Source: Actinopolymorpha singaporensis (GTDB lineage: Bacteria > Actinomycetota > Actinomycetes > Propionibacteriales > Actinopolymorphaceae). From it: a stretch of DNA of 32,000 nucleotides. The notes beneath the pieces were generated by a model, which was not told where the DNA came from, ran no database searches, and saw only the letters and a list, made by a program, of their open reading frames with translations. The first letter of the stretch is position 1. Each line of letters starts with the position of its first letter. Location of the stretch: positions 1,877,981 through 1,909,980 of the forward strand of contig NZ_LT629732.1 of the NCBI RefSeq assembly GCF_900104745.1, given 5' to 3'. Position numbers and translations under genes: made by a program. Positions 24,100-32,000 of this stretch are shown here, piece after piece.

Positions 24100-25947
24100 A
24101 TGGAGTCGTCGGACCGCAAGTTCGAGAACGTCGAAGAGGTGCTGAGCTATCAGCTCATGAACCGACGCGGCGCGCTGAAGGCCGGCCTCGGTGCCGGCGC
24201 CGCGCTGCTGTTCGGCGGCGGCTTCCTCAGCGGGTGTTCCAGCAGTGGGGGCAGCTACTCCGGCAATGGCAAGAAGCCGGAGGGCGCCAACGACGAGCCT
24301 GCGGTCGGCAAGGCGAACATCCCGACACCGCGGAACAAGACGCTCGTCATCGGCCAGGTCGACTACCAGGTCTTCAACAGCTTCAACCTGCGGATCCCTA
24401 ACGGCAACGCGGCCGGCAACGGCTTCGACACCGTGGGGCGGGAGTACCTCTTCTACCTCAACCTGCCGACCGGTGAGCTGATCCCGTGGCTGGCGACCGG
24501 CTACGAGTACAACAAGGACTTCACCTCGCTCACCTTCAAGTTCGACCCGAAGGCGAAGTGGAGCGACAACAAGCCGTTCACCTCCGAGGACTTCAAGTTC
24601 ACCGTCCTGCTGATGCGCGACAACCCCGAGCTCCTCGGCGGCGGCGGCGACCTCAAGGACTTCGTCAAGGACGTCGCCACCCCCGACCCGCACACCGCGA
24701 TCATGGAGCTGTCCAAGCCGAACCCGCGGCTGCACTACGGCTTCATCTGCACGATCGCCAGTGGCTTCGACGTCCTGCCCAAGCACATCTGGGAAGGCAA
24801 GGACCCGACGAAGTTCCGCGACAACCCGCCCGTGCGCACCGCGCCGTACGTGCTGGACAAGGCCATCGCCAGCCAGAAGATGTTCGTCTGGAAGCTGAAC
24901 CCCGACTACTGGAACAAGGACAAGTTCTACCCGAAGGTCCAGTACGTCATCTTCCAGTCGACCGCCCAGTCCCAGGACGCGGCCAGCCAGGCGTTCAAGA
25001 GGGCGGAGTTCGACGTCGGCTCGCTGGACGAGCAGCACGCGAAGTCGCTGCGCAGCCAGGGATACCCGCACCTCGTCACCACGCCGTTCCACGACCCGTG
25101 CCCGCGTGCGCTGTGGCTGAACTGCGACCCGGCCCGCGGCATCATCGGGGACCCGCGCATGCACTGGGTCATCTCCTACGTCATCGACCGGCAGAAGGTC
25201 GGCTCGACGGTGTGGCCGGTGAAGACGCCGACCGCGCAGTACCCCTGGGCCGACTACGACGGCAACGACAAGTGGGAGGTCGCGTCGGTCGCCGGCAAGT
25301 ACAAGATGGAGTACGACCCGGCCAAGGCGGCCGAACTGCTGGACGAGATGGGCGCCAAGAAGGGCCCCGGCGGCAAGCGGATGTGGAAGGGCAAGCCGGC
25401 CACCATCGAGGTCATCACGCCGTCCGGTGTCGACGGCGCGGAGTTCGTCATCGGCCAGCTCATCGTCGGGGAGCTGAAGAAGCTCGGCGTCACCGCCAAC
25501 ATCCGCAGCTACAGCGGCTCGGTGCACAGCGAGAAGTTCGAGCGCGGCCAGTTCGACATCTCCTCACAGTGGGTGTGCAGCGTCTCCTGGGACCCCAACC
25601 AGCTCTACGTCGGCCTGCAGGGGAAGTACGCCAAGAAGATCGGCGTCAACTCGGTCGGGCGTAACCAGGTGCGGCTGAACGACCCCAAGCTGGACGAGCT
25701 GTCCCAGCGGCTCGCGGTGATGAACCCCGAGAGCCCGCAGGCCAAGCCGCTGATGCAGCAGGCGCTCGCGGAGTACTACAAGCGGCTGCCGGTGATCCCC
25801 GTCATCCAGACCGCCTACCCGTCGTACTACAACACGACCTACTGGAAGGGCTGGCCGACCGGCGACGACCTCTACCAGGTCCCGAACAACTGGTGGGGAC
25901 AGTTCATGTTCGTGATCGGAAAGCTCCAGCCCACGGGGAAGAAGTGA
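24100..25947 (+). CDS. ABC transporter substrate-binding lipoprotein, family 5 (peptide/nickel, Opp/Dpp type)
   Basis: Twin-Arg-like signal NRRGALKAGLGAGAALLFGGGFLSGCSS with lipobox LSGC, then a long SBP_bac_5-like body. ATG 24100 has GGAGG 7 nt upstream; alternative start ATG 24157. Confidence 0.9.
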   Translation: MESSDRKFENVEEVLSYQLMNRRGALKAGLGAGAALLFGGGFLSGCSSSGGSYSGNGKKPEGANDEPAVGKANIPTPRNKTLVIGQVDYQVFNSFNLRIPNGNAAGNGFDTVGREYLFYLNLPTGELIPWLATGYEYNKDFTSLTFKFDPKAKWSDNKPFTSEDFKFTVLLMRDNPELLGGGGDLKDFVKDVATPDPHTAIMELSKPNPRLHYGFICTIASGFDVLPKHIWEGKDPTKFRDNPPVRTAPYVLDKAIASQKMFVWKLNPDYWNKDKFYPKVQYVIFQSTAQSQDAASQAFKRAEFDVGSLDEQHAKSLRSQGYPHLVTTPFHDPCPRALWLNCDPARGIIGDPRMHWVISYVIDRQKVGSTVWPVKTPTAQYPWADYDGNDKWEVASVAGKYKMEYDPAKAAELLDEMGAKKGPGGKRMWKGKPATIEVITPSGVDGAEFVIGQLIVGELKKLGVTANIRSYSGSVHSEKFERGQFDISSQWVCSVSWDPNQLYVGLQGKYAKKIGVNSVGRNQVRLNDPKLDELSQRLAVMNPESPQAKPLMQQALAEYYKRLPVIPVIQTAYPSYYNTTYWKGWPTGDDLYQVPNNWWGQFMFVIGKLQPTGKK

Positions 25948-27005
25948 GCTCGGAGGTCGCGGTCGAGCCGGGACGCATGCGGTCCTGGCTCGCCGCGCAC
26001 CCCCTCGCGAGCTACGCCGTCCGCAGGTTCGGGCTCTACCTCGTCGAGCTGTGGGGCGCGGTGACGGTCGCGTTCTTCTTCTTCCGGCTGATCCCGGGCG
26101 ACCCGATCCAGACGTTCATCCAGACGCTGCAGCAGAACTACGTCTACAACGCCGCGGCCAGCGCGGCCGTGATCGAGCGCTACCGCTCGGAATTCGGCCT
26201 GGACGGCAACCTCTTCTCGCAGTACCTGCACTACATGTACCGCGTGCTGTTCCAGCAGGACCTCGGCCCGTCGCTGCTCAACTACCCGACACCGGCCCAG
26301 GACGTCATCATGCGGGCGCTGCCGTGGACGGTCGGGCTGCTCGGGCTGTCCGCGGTGCTGGCCTGGGTGATCGGTCTGCTGGTCGGTGCGCTCGCCGGGT
26401 GGCGGCGGGGCAAGCCGGGCGCGGACCTGGTGACCAACGTGGCGATCGCGCTGTCGCACGTGCCGTACTACTTCCTGGCGCTCATCCTGACGTTCATCTT
26501 CGCCTACCAGCTGGCCTGGCTGCCGGCCCGCTCGGCGTACAACGCGCGGTTGACACCGGGACTCTCACCGGAGTTCTTGTTCAGTCTGCTGAAGTACGGC
26601 CTGCTGCCCAGCCTGTCGATCGTGGTGATCGGGGTGTTCAGCTGGTTGCTGTCGACCCGGATGCTGATGGTGCCGGTGCTGGGCGAGGACTACCTCACCT
26701 ACGCCCAGGCGAAGGGGCTGCGGCCGCGGAAGATCCTCACGAAGTACGCGCTGCGCAACTGCTACCTGCCGCAGGTGACCGCGTTCGGAATCTCGCTGGG
26801 GTTCATCTTCAACGGCAACGTGCTGGTGGAGCAGCTGTTCAACTACCCGGGGCTGGGCGCGACGTTGGTGAACGCCATCCAGATCCTCGACTTCAACACG
26901 ATCCTGGGTGTCACCAACCTGGCGATCTTCGCGGTCCTCACCGCCAACCTCATACTCGACCTGCTGCTCCCGCTGCTCGATCCGCGGGTCAAGTACTGGC
27001 GTTAG
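25944..27005 (+). CDS. ABC transporter permease (DppB/OppB type)
   Basis: YAVRRFGLYLVELWGAVTVAFFFFRLIPGDP N-terminus, six hydrophobic segments, and YLTYAQAKGLRPRKILTKYALRN (EAA-like loop). GTG 25944 overlaps the SBP stop as GTGA; alternative ATG 25977. Confidence 0.9.
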   Translation: MSSEVAVEPGRMRSWLAAHPLASYAVRRFGLYLVELWGAVTVAFFFFRLIPGDPIQTFIQTLQQNYVYNAAASAAVIERYRSEFGLDGNLFSQYLHYMYRVLFQQDLGPSLLNYPTPAQDVIMRALPWTVGLLGLSAVLAWVIGLLVGALAGWRRGKPGADLVTNVAIALSHVPYYFLALILTFIFAYQLAWLPARSAYNARLTPGLSPEFLFSLLKYGLLPSLSIVVIGVFSWLLSTRMLMVPVLGEDYLTYAQAKGLRPRKILTKYALRNCYLPQVTAFGISLGFIFNGNVLVEQLFNYPGLGATLVNAIQILDFNTILGVTNLAIFAVLTANLILDLLLPLLDPRVKYWR

Positions 27006-27014
27006 GGAGTGGGC

Positions 27015-27890
27015 ATGAAACTGGTACGTGGCCTGGGGCGCGTGCTCACCAGCAACTGGAAGTTGACGACCGGCCTGGCGTTGCTGCTCCTGCTGATCCT
27101 CACCGCGGTGGCGAGTCCGCTGATCTCCTCCGCCGTGGGCGGCGGGCAGGACCCGGTGGCGATCGCGGCGTACGAGAAGTGGCAGGTGCCCTCGCCCGAC
27201 CACTGGCTCGGCACCGACCAGTTCGGCCGGGACGTGTTCGCGATGACGATCGGCGCCCTCGCGGTGTCGCTGAAGGTCGGCGCGATCGCCGGGGTGATCT
27301 CCACGATCGCGGGTGTGCTGATGGCGTTCGTCGCGGGATACAAGGGCGGCGCGGTCGACGGGGTGCTGTCGACGTTCACCGACATGGTGCTGGTGGTGCC
27401 GAGCTTTCCGCTGCTGATCGCACTGTCGGCGTACACCAAGAACGTCGGCATCACGCAGGTGGCGCTGATGCTCGCGGTGTTCAGCTGGCCGTTCGCGGCC
27501 CGGACGATCCGCGCGCACGTGCTGAGCCTGCGGGCGCGGCCCTACGTCGAGCTCGCCAAGGTGACGAAGTTCCGCGACCTGGAGATCATCGCCTACGAGC
27601 TGTTGCCCAACATGCTTCCCTACATCGGGGTCGGCTTCGCCTCGTCCGCACTGGGCGCGATCTTCGCGCTGGTCGGCCTGGAGGTGATCGGGCTCGGCCC
27701 GGGCGAGACCATCGACCTGGGCAAGATCATCTTCAGTGCCATCGGGACCGGTGCGCTGACCCTCGGCGCGTGGCCGATGTTCGTCGCACCGATCTTCTTG
27801 CTGACCTTGTTGTTCGCGGCGCTGAACCTCTGCAACATCGGGCTGGAAGAGGTCTACAACCCGCGTCTGAGAGGAGTCGCCGGTGCCTAG
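27015..27890 (+). CDS. ABC transporter permease (DppC/OppC type)
   Basis: PSPDHWLGTDQFGRDVFAMT N-terminal OppC motif, YVELAKVTKFRDLEIIAYELLPN loop. ATG 27015 has AGGGAG upstream. Confidence 0.9.
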   Translation: MKLVRGLGRVLTSNWKLTTGLALLLLLILTAVASPLISSAVGGGQDPVAIAAYEKWQVPSPDHWLGTDQFGRDVFAMTIGALAVSLKVGAIAGVISTIAGVLMAFVAGYKGGAVDGVLSTFTDMVLVVPSFPLLIALSAYTKNVGITQVALMLAVFSWPFAARTIRAHVLSLRARPYVELAKVTKFRDLEIIAYELLPNMLPYIGVGFASSALGAIFALVGLEVIGLGPGETIDLGKIIFSAIGTGALTLGAWPMFVAPIFLLTLLFAALNLCNIGLEEVYNPRLRGVAGA

Positions 27891-28782
27891 GGCCAGCGCG
27901 ACCGAACCCGCGACGCCTCCGCAGGCCGACGCCGCACAGCAGCGCCCGGTGCTGGAGATCAAGGGACTGAAGGTCCACTACCGAACGACCGGCGGTGACG
28001 TCGCCGCCGTCGACGGCGTGGACCTGACCGTGCGCCGGGGCGAGATCCTCGGCATCGCCGGCGAGTCCGGCAGCGGCAAGAGCACCATGGCGGTGTCCCT
28101 GCTGCGGCTGCTCCGCCCGCCCGGCTACGTCGCCGGCGGGGGGATCACCTTCCACCCGAGCGAGGGGCCGTCGGTCGACCTGCTCAAGGTGGACGAACGC
28201 CGGCTGCGGGCACTGCGCTGGCGGGCGTTGTCGTACCTCCCGCAGGGTTCGATGAACTCCATGAACCCGGTGATGCGGGTCGGCGACCAGTTCCGCGACG
28301 TCATCCTCGAGCACGCTGGCCAGCGCCGGGGCGAGGTCGACGAGATGATCCCGCGGCTGCTGCGCTCGATGGGCCTGGACCCCGGTGTGGCGCGGATGTA
28401 CCCGCACGAGCTGTCCGGTGGGATGAAGCAGCGCGTGCTGATGGCGATGTCCATCGCACTCGAACCCGACCTGGTGGTCGCCGACGAACCCACCACCGCG
28501 TTGGACGTGACCATCCAGCGGGTCATCCTGCAGAGCCTGGGCGACCTGCGCGACCAGTTCGGCGTCACACTGGTGGTGATCTCCCACGACATGGGTGTGC
28601 ACGCACAGCTCGTGGACCGGGTGGCGGTGATGTACGAGGGACGCGTGGTCGAGGTGGGTGACGTACGCCAGGTCTTCAAACAACCCCGGCATCCCTACAC
28701 CCGCAGCCTGATCGAGTCGATCCCCCGGATCGGGGACGCGCCCTGGCAGCACCAGCAGCGGAAGGGGAGTGAGGTGCGGTGA
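27883..28782 (+). CDS. ABC transporter ATP-binding protein (DppD/OppD type)
   Basis: Walker A GESGSGKST, signature LSGGMKQRV, Walker B LVVADEPTTALD, and the C-terminal oligopeptide-ATPase motif PRHPYTRSL. GTG 27883 overlaps the permease end by 8 nt. Confidence 0.9.
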   Translation: MPRASATEPATPPQADAAQQRPVLEIKGLKVHYRTTGGDVAAVDGVDLTVRRGEILGIAGESGSGKSTMAVSLLRLLRPPGYVAGGGITFHPSEGPSVDLLKVDERRLRALRWRALSYLPQGSMNSMNPVMRVGDQFRDVILEHAGQRRGEVDEMIPRLLRSMGLDPGVARMYPHELSGGMKQRVLMAMSIALEPDLVVADEPTTALDVTIQRVILQSLGDLRDQFGVTLVVISHDMGVHAQLVDRVAVMYEGRVVEVGDVRQVFKQPRHPYTRSLIESIPRIGDAPWQHQQRKGSEVR

Positions 28783-29708
28783 GCCAGGCGCAGGACACCC
28801 GGGGCAGGGACGGGCGGGGCAAGGACATCGAGCTGCGACAGGTGGTGCAGCGGTTCCACGCTCGGGGCTCGGCGACCGGCTTCCTCACGGCCGTACACGA
28901 GACGTCGTTCGCGTTGCGCTCCGACCCGCCGCAGATCGTCAGCCTGGTGGGGCAGAGCGGAAGTGGCAAGAGCACCATCGCCCGGATCATTCTCGGGCTG
29001 CAGGCACCCAGCTCGGGCTCGGTGACCTACGGCGGCAAGGACATCTCGAAGTTGTCGCGCGCCGAGTACGACGACTACCGGCGCAACGTGCAGCCGGTCT
29101 TCCAGGATCCGTACGCGATCTTCAACCCCGTCTACCGGGTGGACCGGGTGCTGCGCAGCGCGATCAGGAAGTTCGGGCTGGCCCGGTCGAAGGAGCAGGC
29201 CGGCGAGCTGATGGAGGAGTCGCTGCGGGCGGTGAAGCTCGACCCCGGCCAGGTGCTCGGCCGCTACCCGCACCAGCTGTCCGGAGGGCAGCGCCAGCGG
29301 GTCATGCTGGCCCGGGTGCACATGCTGCGGCCGGCGTTCATCATCGCCGACGAGCCCGTGTCCATGCTGGACGCGCAGGTGCGCAAACTGTTCCTGGACA
29401 TCCTGGTCGACTTCCAGCGCGACTACGGCATGACGACGTTGTTCATCACCCACGACCTGTCCACCGTCTACTACGTCGGCGGCGACGTCATGGTGATCAC
29501 GAGGGGCCGGGTGGTCGAGCAGGGCCCGGTGGCGGAGGTCATGCACACGCCGAAGCATCCGTACACCCAGCTGCTGCTGGCATCGGTCCCACAACCGGAT
29601 CCCGACGCCCGCTGGACCGACCGGATCGACGTGGACCAGGCCGAACGCGAGGAGGCCGCTCCGGAGCTTCCACCCGGCGACGAGGCGCTCGAGGCGCGGG
29701 TGCCCTGA
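28779..29708 (+). CDS. ABC transporter ATP-binding protein (DppF/OppF type)
   Basis: Walker A GQSGSGKST, signature LSGGQRQRV, Walker B FIIADEPVSMLD, PKHPYTQLL. GTG 28779 overlaps the preceding stop as GTGA. Confidence 0.9.
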   Translation: MSQAQDTRGRDGRGKDIELRQVVQRFHARGSATGFLTAVHETSFALRSDPPQIVSLVGQSGSGKSTIARIILGLQAPSSGSVTYGGKDISKLSRAEYDDYRRNVQPVFQDPYAIFNPVYRVDRVLRSAIRKFGLARSKEQAGELMEESLRAVKLDPGQVLGRYPHQLSGGQRQRVMLARVHMLRPAFIIADEPVSMLDAQVRKLFLDILVDFQRDYGMTTLFITHDLSTVYYVGGDVMVITRGRVVEQGPVAEVMHTPKHPYTQLLLASVPQPDPDARWTDRIDVDQAEREEAAPELPPGDEALEARVP

Positions 29709-29763
29709 GGTGGGCTGAGTGGCTGAGGTGGGGCTGAGTGGCAGAGGTGGGTGGGCTGAGTGA
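29705..29763 (+). repeat. Tandem repeat filling the ATPase-methyltransferase spacer (9-10-nt subunit GCTGAG(G)TGG; ~18-22-nt higher-order unit x3)
   Basis: The units run CTGAGGTGG GCTGAGTGG | CTGAGGTGG GGCTGAGTGG | CAGAGGTGG GTGG GCTGAGTGA. The first unit contains stop TGA 29706-29708. The last contains GTG start 29760-29762. Confidence 0.8.
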
Positions 29764-31082
29764 CTGTCAAGCCGGACTTGCGCGCGCTGCGGGACGCGCT
29801 CGTCGCCGACCTGCGGGCGCGCGACGTGCTGCACGACGCAGCGGTGGCGGACGCGCTGGCGACGGTGCCGCGGCACCTCTTCCTGCCCGGCGTACCACCC
29901 GCCGAGGCGTACGTCGACGAGGCGGTGGTCACCCGCCGGGACGCCGAGGGTACGGCGACGAGTTCGTCCTCGCAACCGGCGATCATGGCGATCATGCTGG
30001 AGCAGCTGGACGTGCGGCCCGGCCACCGGGTGCTGGAGATCGGCGCCGGCACCGGCTACAACGCCGCCCTGCTCGCGCACCTCGTCGGCCCGGCCGGCAG
30101 TGTCACGACGATCGACCTGCAGCCCGACGTGGCTGATGCGGCCCTGGCCGCCCTGGCGGCGGCGGGATACGGGCAGGTGCGCGTGGTGTGCGGCGACGGT
30201 GCGCTGGGCGTGCCCGACGGTGCGCCGTACGACCGGATGATCGTCACCGCCGGCGCATGGGATCTGCCACCGGCGTGGTTCGAGCAACTCGCGGTTGACG
30301 GCCGGCTGGTGGTGCCGTTCGACCTGCGTGGCGTGATGCGGTCGATCGCGTTCGAGCGGCTCGGTCCGGACGGCTCGGCCGGCGGACCCGCCGGACCGCG
30401 GTGGCGCAGCCGGTCGGCGCACACCTGCGGCTTCATGCCGCTGCGCGGCCTGGCCGCCGGGCCGGGGCGGCGGCTCCGGATCGGGGAGGGCGACGCCGGC
30501 GTCTCGTTGTCGGTCGACGGCGAGCGGGAGATCGACGCCGACCGGCTGGCCGCGGCGCTGACCGCACCACCGGTCGAGTTCGCGACCGGACTGGACCTGA
30601 CCACACCACAACTCGTGGACGGCCTCTTCTGCTGGCTCGCGCTCACCGAGCCGGACAGCTGCGGATTGCACGCCGGCGCCGAAGCGGTCGAACGCGGGCC
30701 CGTGGAGTTCCCGGTCGTCTACGGCGGTCCGTCCGGTCCGTCGGCCGCGATCGGCTCCGGGCTCGTGGCCGGCGCAAGTGCCGCGCTGCTGGCGAGGCCG
30801 CGTACCGAGGACCGGTCGGCGGTGGCGCCGCTGGTGGTCCGGGGTTACGGCGTCGACGGGTCCGCTCTGGCCACCCGGCTGGTGGCCGCCGCCCGGGCGT
30901 GGCACGACGCCGGCCGCCCCGGCAGTGCGGACATGCGGGTGGAGGTTCTGCCGCTCCCCGAAGGCGCGGGCGACGGCGCCGACGACACCGGTGCGTACGA
31001 CGGAAGGTACGTCGTCGACAAACGGTACGTGCGGGTGCTGGTGTCCTGGCCCAGGACAGCGGCGTCCAGCCGGTGTCGTTAG
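29760..31082 (+). CDS. Protein-L-isoaspartate O-methyltransferase (PIMT)-like SAM methyltransferase with ~230-aa C-terminal extension
   Basis: N-terminal ~205 aa carry TVPRHLFLP, SSSQPAIMAIMLEQL, the SAM motif VLEIGAGTGYNAALLAHLVG, and DRMIVTAGAWDLP. The remaining ~230 aa have no motif I recognise. GTG 29760 has GAGGTGG about 9 nt upstream. Confidence 0.8.
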   Translation: MTVKPDLRALRDALVADLRARDVLHDAAVADALATVPRHLFLPGVPPAEAYVDEAVVTRRDAEGTATSSSSQPAIMAIMLEQLDVRPGHRVLEIGAGTGYNAALLAHLVGPAGSVTTIDLQPDVADAALAALAAAGYGQVRVVCGDGALGVPDGAPYDRMIVTAGAWDLPPAWFEQLAVDGRLVVPFDLRGVMRSIAFERLGPDGSAGGPAGPRWRSRSAHTCGFMPLRGLAAGPGRRLRIGEGDAGVSLSVDGEREIDADRLAAALTAPPVEFATGLDLTTPQLVDGLFCWLALTEPDSCGLHAGAEAVERGPVEFPVVYGGPSGPSAAIGSGLVAGASAALLARPRTEDRSAVAPLVVRGYGVDGSALATRLVAAARAWHDAGRPGSADMRVEVLPLPEGAGDGADDTGAYDGRYVVDKRYVRVLVSWPRTAASSRCR

Positions 31083-31182
31083 GCGACGTCAACGATCCGT
31101 GAACACCGGCGGTCTTCGAGGAGAAGTTGACCAACCCGTGGAACCGCGTTCTACGTCACCACTTCGACTGGCGCCCCAGCGC

Positions 31183-31218
31183 AGCGGCGGCCCGACCCCG
31201 AGGAGTCGGACCGCCGCT
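31183..31218. terminator. Strong hairpin between convergent genes (candidate bidirectional terminator)
   Basis: AGCGGCGGCCCGAC (31183-31196) pairs with GTCGGACCGCCGCT (31205-31218). 14 bp with one mismatch, 8-nt loop, followed by TTCGCT. Confidence 0.5.
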
Positions 31219-31226
31219 TCGCTCGT

Positions 31227-31255
31227 GCTGACCAGACCACGACCAGGTGGTCAGC
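31227..31255. terminator. Second hairpin next to the beta-galactosidase stop
   Basis: GCTGACCA (31227-31234) pairs with TGGTCAGC (31248-31255). Perfect 8 bp, 13-nt loop, 8 nt from stop TCA 31263-31265. Confidence 0.3.
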
Positions 31256-31262
31256 CGATCGT

Positions 31263-32000
31263 TCAGACCGCCCGGTGCACCTGCGCCGCGTCGTCGTCCG
31301 CGCGCAGCGGGACCAGCCGGTAGGCCAGGTCGTACGACGTACCCGACGGCACGTGGTAGACCTCCAGCGCGTCCGGCCCGCAGCTCGCGCCGCCCAGCCC
31401 GCGCTGGCGTACGTCGACGGTGAGGTAGGTGACGTCGTCGCGTACCAGATCGGCGGTGTGCCGCGCCGTGCCGAGCGTCCGCGCGGAGTAGTGCGACACC
31501 CCGGCCTCCACCGGCGTCGGCGCGCTCACGAGCAACCCGGCGCCGTCGGCCCGGCGCAGGGAGAGCCAGCGCACGTCGGTCTTGTTGCCGTGCTCCTGCG
31601 GCAGGATGTACGGCACGTACTGCTCGTCCACCGTCCCCGACCAGCGGCCCACCGCCGCGCCGGCCTTGCGGTCGACGTAGCTCTCGTGCGGCCCGCGGCC
31701 GAACCACTCCACCTGCTCGAAGCCCGCCGGCACGGTGGCGAGCACGCCCATGCGCGGCAGGTCGGGCAGGCCCGCGCCGACCTCGATGTGGTGGCTCGCG
31801 GTCAGGCTGCCGTCTGCGCCGATCTCCCACCGGGCCTCGTGCACGAGGCCGTTGTCCTCGGCCTCCTTGCCGCCGTCGGGGGTGAGCCGCTCGACCCGGC
31901 TGACCACGACGCCGCCGTCCTTGCCGGACTCCACCCGGACGGACTCGGTGTTCGTGACCAGGTGGTCCAGGCCGGCGTCCAGCCAGCGGAAGTACGCCTG
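31263..32000 (-). CDS. GH2 beta-galactosidase, C-terminal part (5' end lies right of the window)
   Basis: Frame is open to position 32000. VEWFGRGPHESYVDRK...YVPYILPQEHGNKTDVRW parallels E. coli LacZ VNWLGLGPQENYPDR...YTPYVFPSENGLRCGTR (domain 5). Confidence 0.85.
   Translation of the reverse strand, partial: QAYFRWLDAGLDHLVTNTESVRVESGKDGGVVVSRVERLTPDGGKEAEDNGLVHEARWEIGADGSLTASHHIEVGAGLPDLPRMGVLATVPAGFEQVEWFGRGPHESYVDRKAGAAVGRWSGTVDEQYVPYILPQEHGNKTDVRWLSLRRADGAGLLVSAPTPVEAGVSHYSARTLGTARHTADLVRDDVTYLTVDVRQRGLGGASCGPDALEVYHVPSGTSYDLAYRLVPLRADDDAAQVHRAV

Noticed and set aside
24100-31082. A complete RiPP (lanthipeptide, lasso or graspetide) biosynthetic cluster around the PIMT-like gene
   Set aside because: No LanB/LanC/LanM, lasso cyclase/protease, ATP-grasp ligase or convincing precursor ORF is visible. 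The ABC system is an SBP-dependent importer, not an exporter. Only the methyltransferase itself is RiPP-like.
1-32000. Mobile elements, prophage, integrase/att sites, tRNA or rRNA genes, genomic-island boundary
   Set aside because: There are no transposase, integrase or recombinase motifs, no terminal inverted repeats flanking a block and no cloverleaf-like sequences. The lower-GC stretches are short intergenic control regions rather than foreign DNA.

Overview
High-GC (roughly 70% or more by eye) actinobacterial chromosomal DNA, densely coding. I see no rRNA, tRNA, CRISPR array, transposase or integrase, and about 27 credible CDS. Left third (1-9047): the 3' part of a flavin monooxygenase, a small membrane protein, a membrane-anchored M23 peptidase followed by a Ser/Thr kinase, a stand-alone family-A DNA polymerase paralogue convergent with dps, a general-stress-type SDR, a small DUF6458-like membrane protein and a second SDR. 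Centre (9048-21903): a 12-kb co-directional minus-strand array of sensor histidine kinase -> MurJ-family flippase -> seven-gene hopanoid operon (hpnC, hpnD, hpnE, polyprenyl synthase, shc, an hpnG::ispH fusion, hpnH). An OmpR-type response regulator is divergent from the kinase. Right third (21904-32000): a CofE-like protein, then a GAF-ANTAR regulator divergent from a five-gene Opp/Dpp-type peptide ABC importer. That operon ends with a PIMT-like methyltransferase carrying a long C-terminal extension, followed by the 3' end of a GH2 beta-galactosidase. Most very long ORFs in the six-frame track are GC-driven shadow ORFs or composites; true starts were re-derived from RBS and stop/start overlaps. 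The best candidates for something new are: (1) the extended PIMT-like methyltransferase attached to a peptide importer with a structured, ANTAR-type leader; (2) the single-polypeptide HpnG-IspH fusion; (3) a MurJ-family gene whose conserved N-terminus has no ATG/GTG start and abuts the kinase stop as CTGA; (4) several exact palindromes and direct-repeat arrays in intergenic regions. None of these amounts to a demonstrably new multi-gene system from sequence alone, and all family assignments are motif recognition by eye, not database searches.
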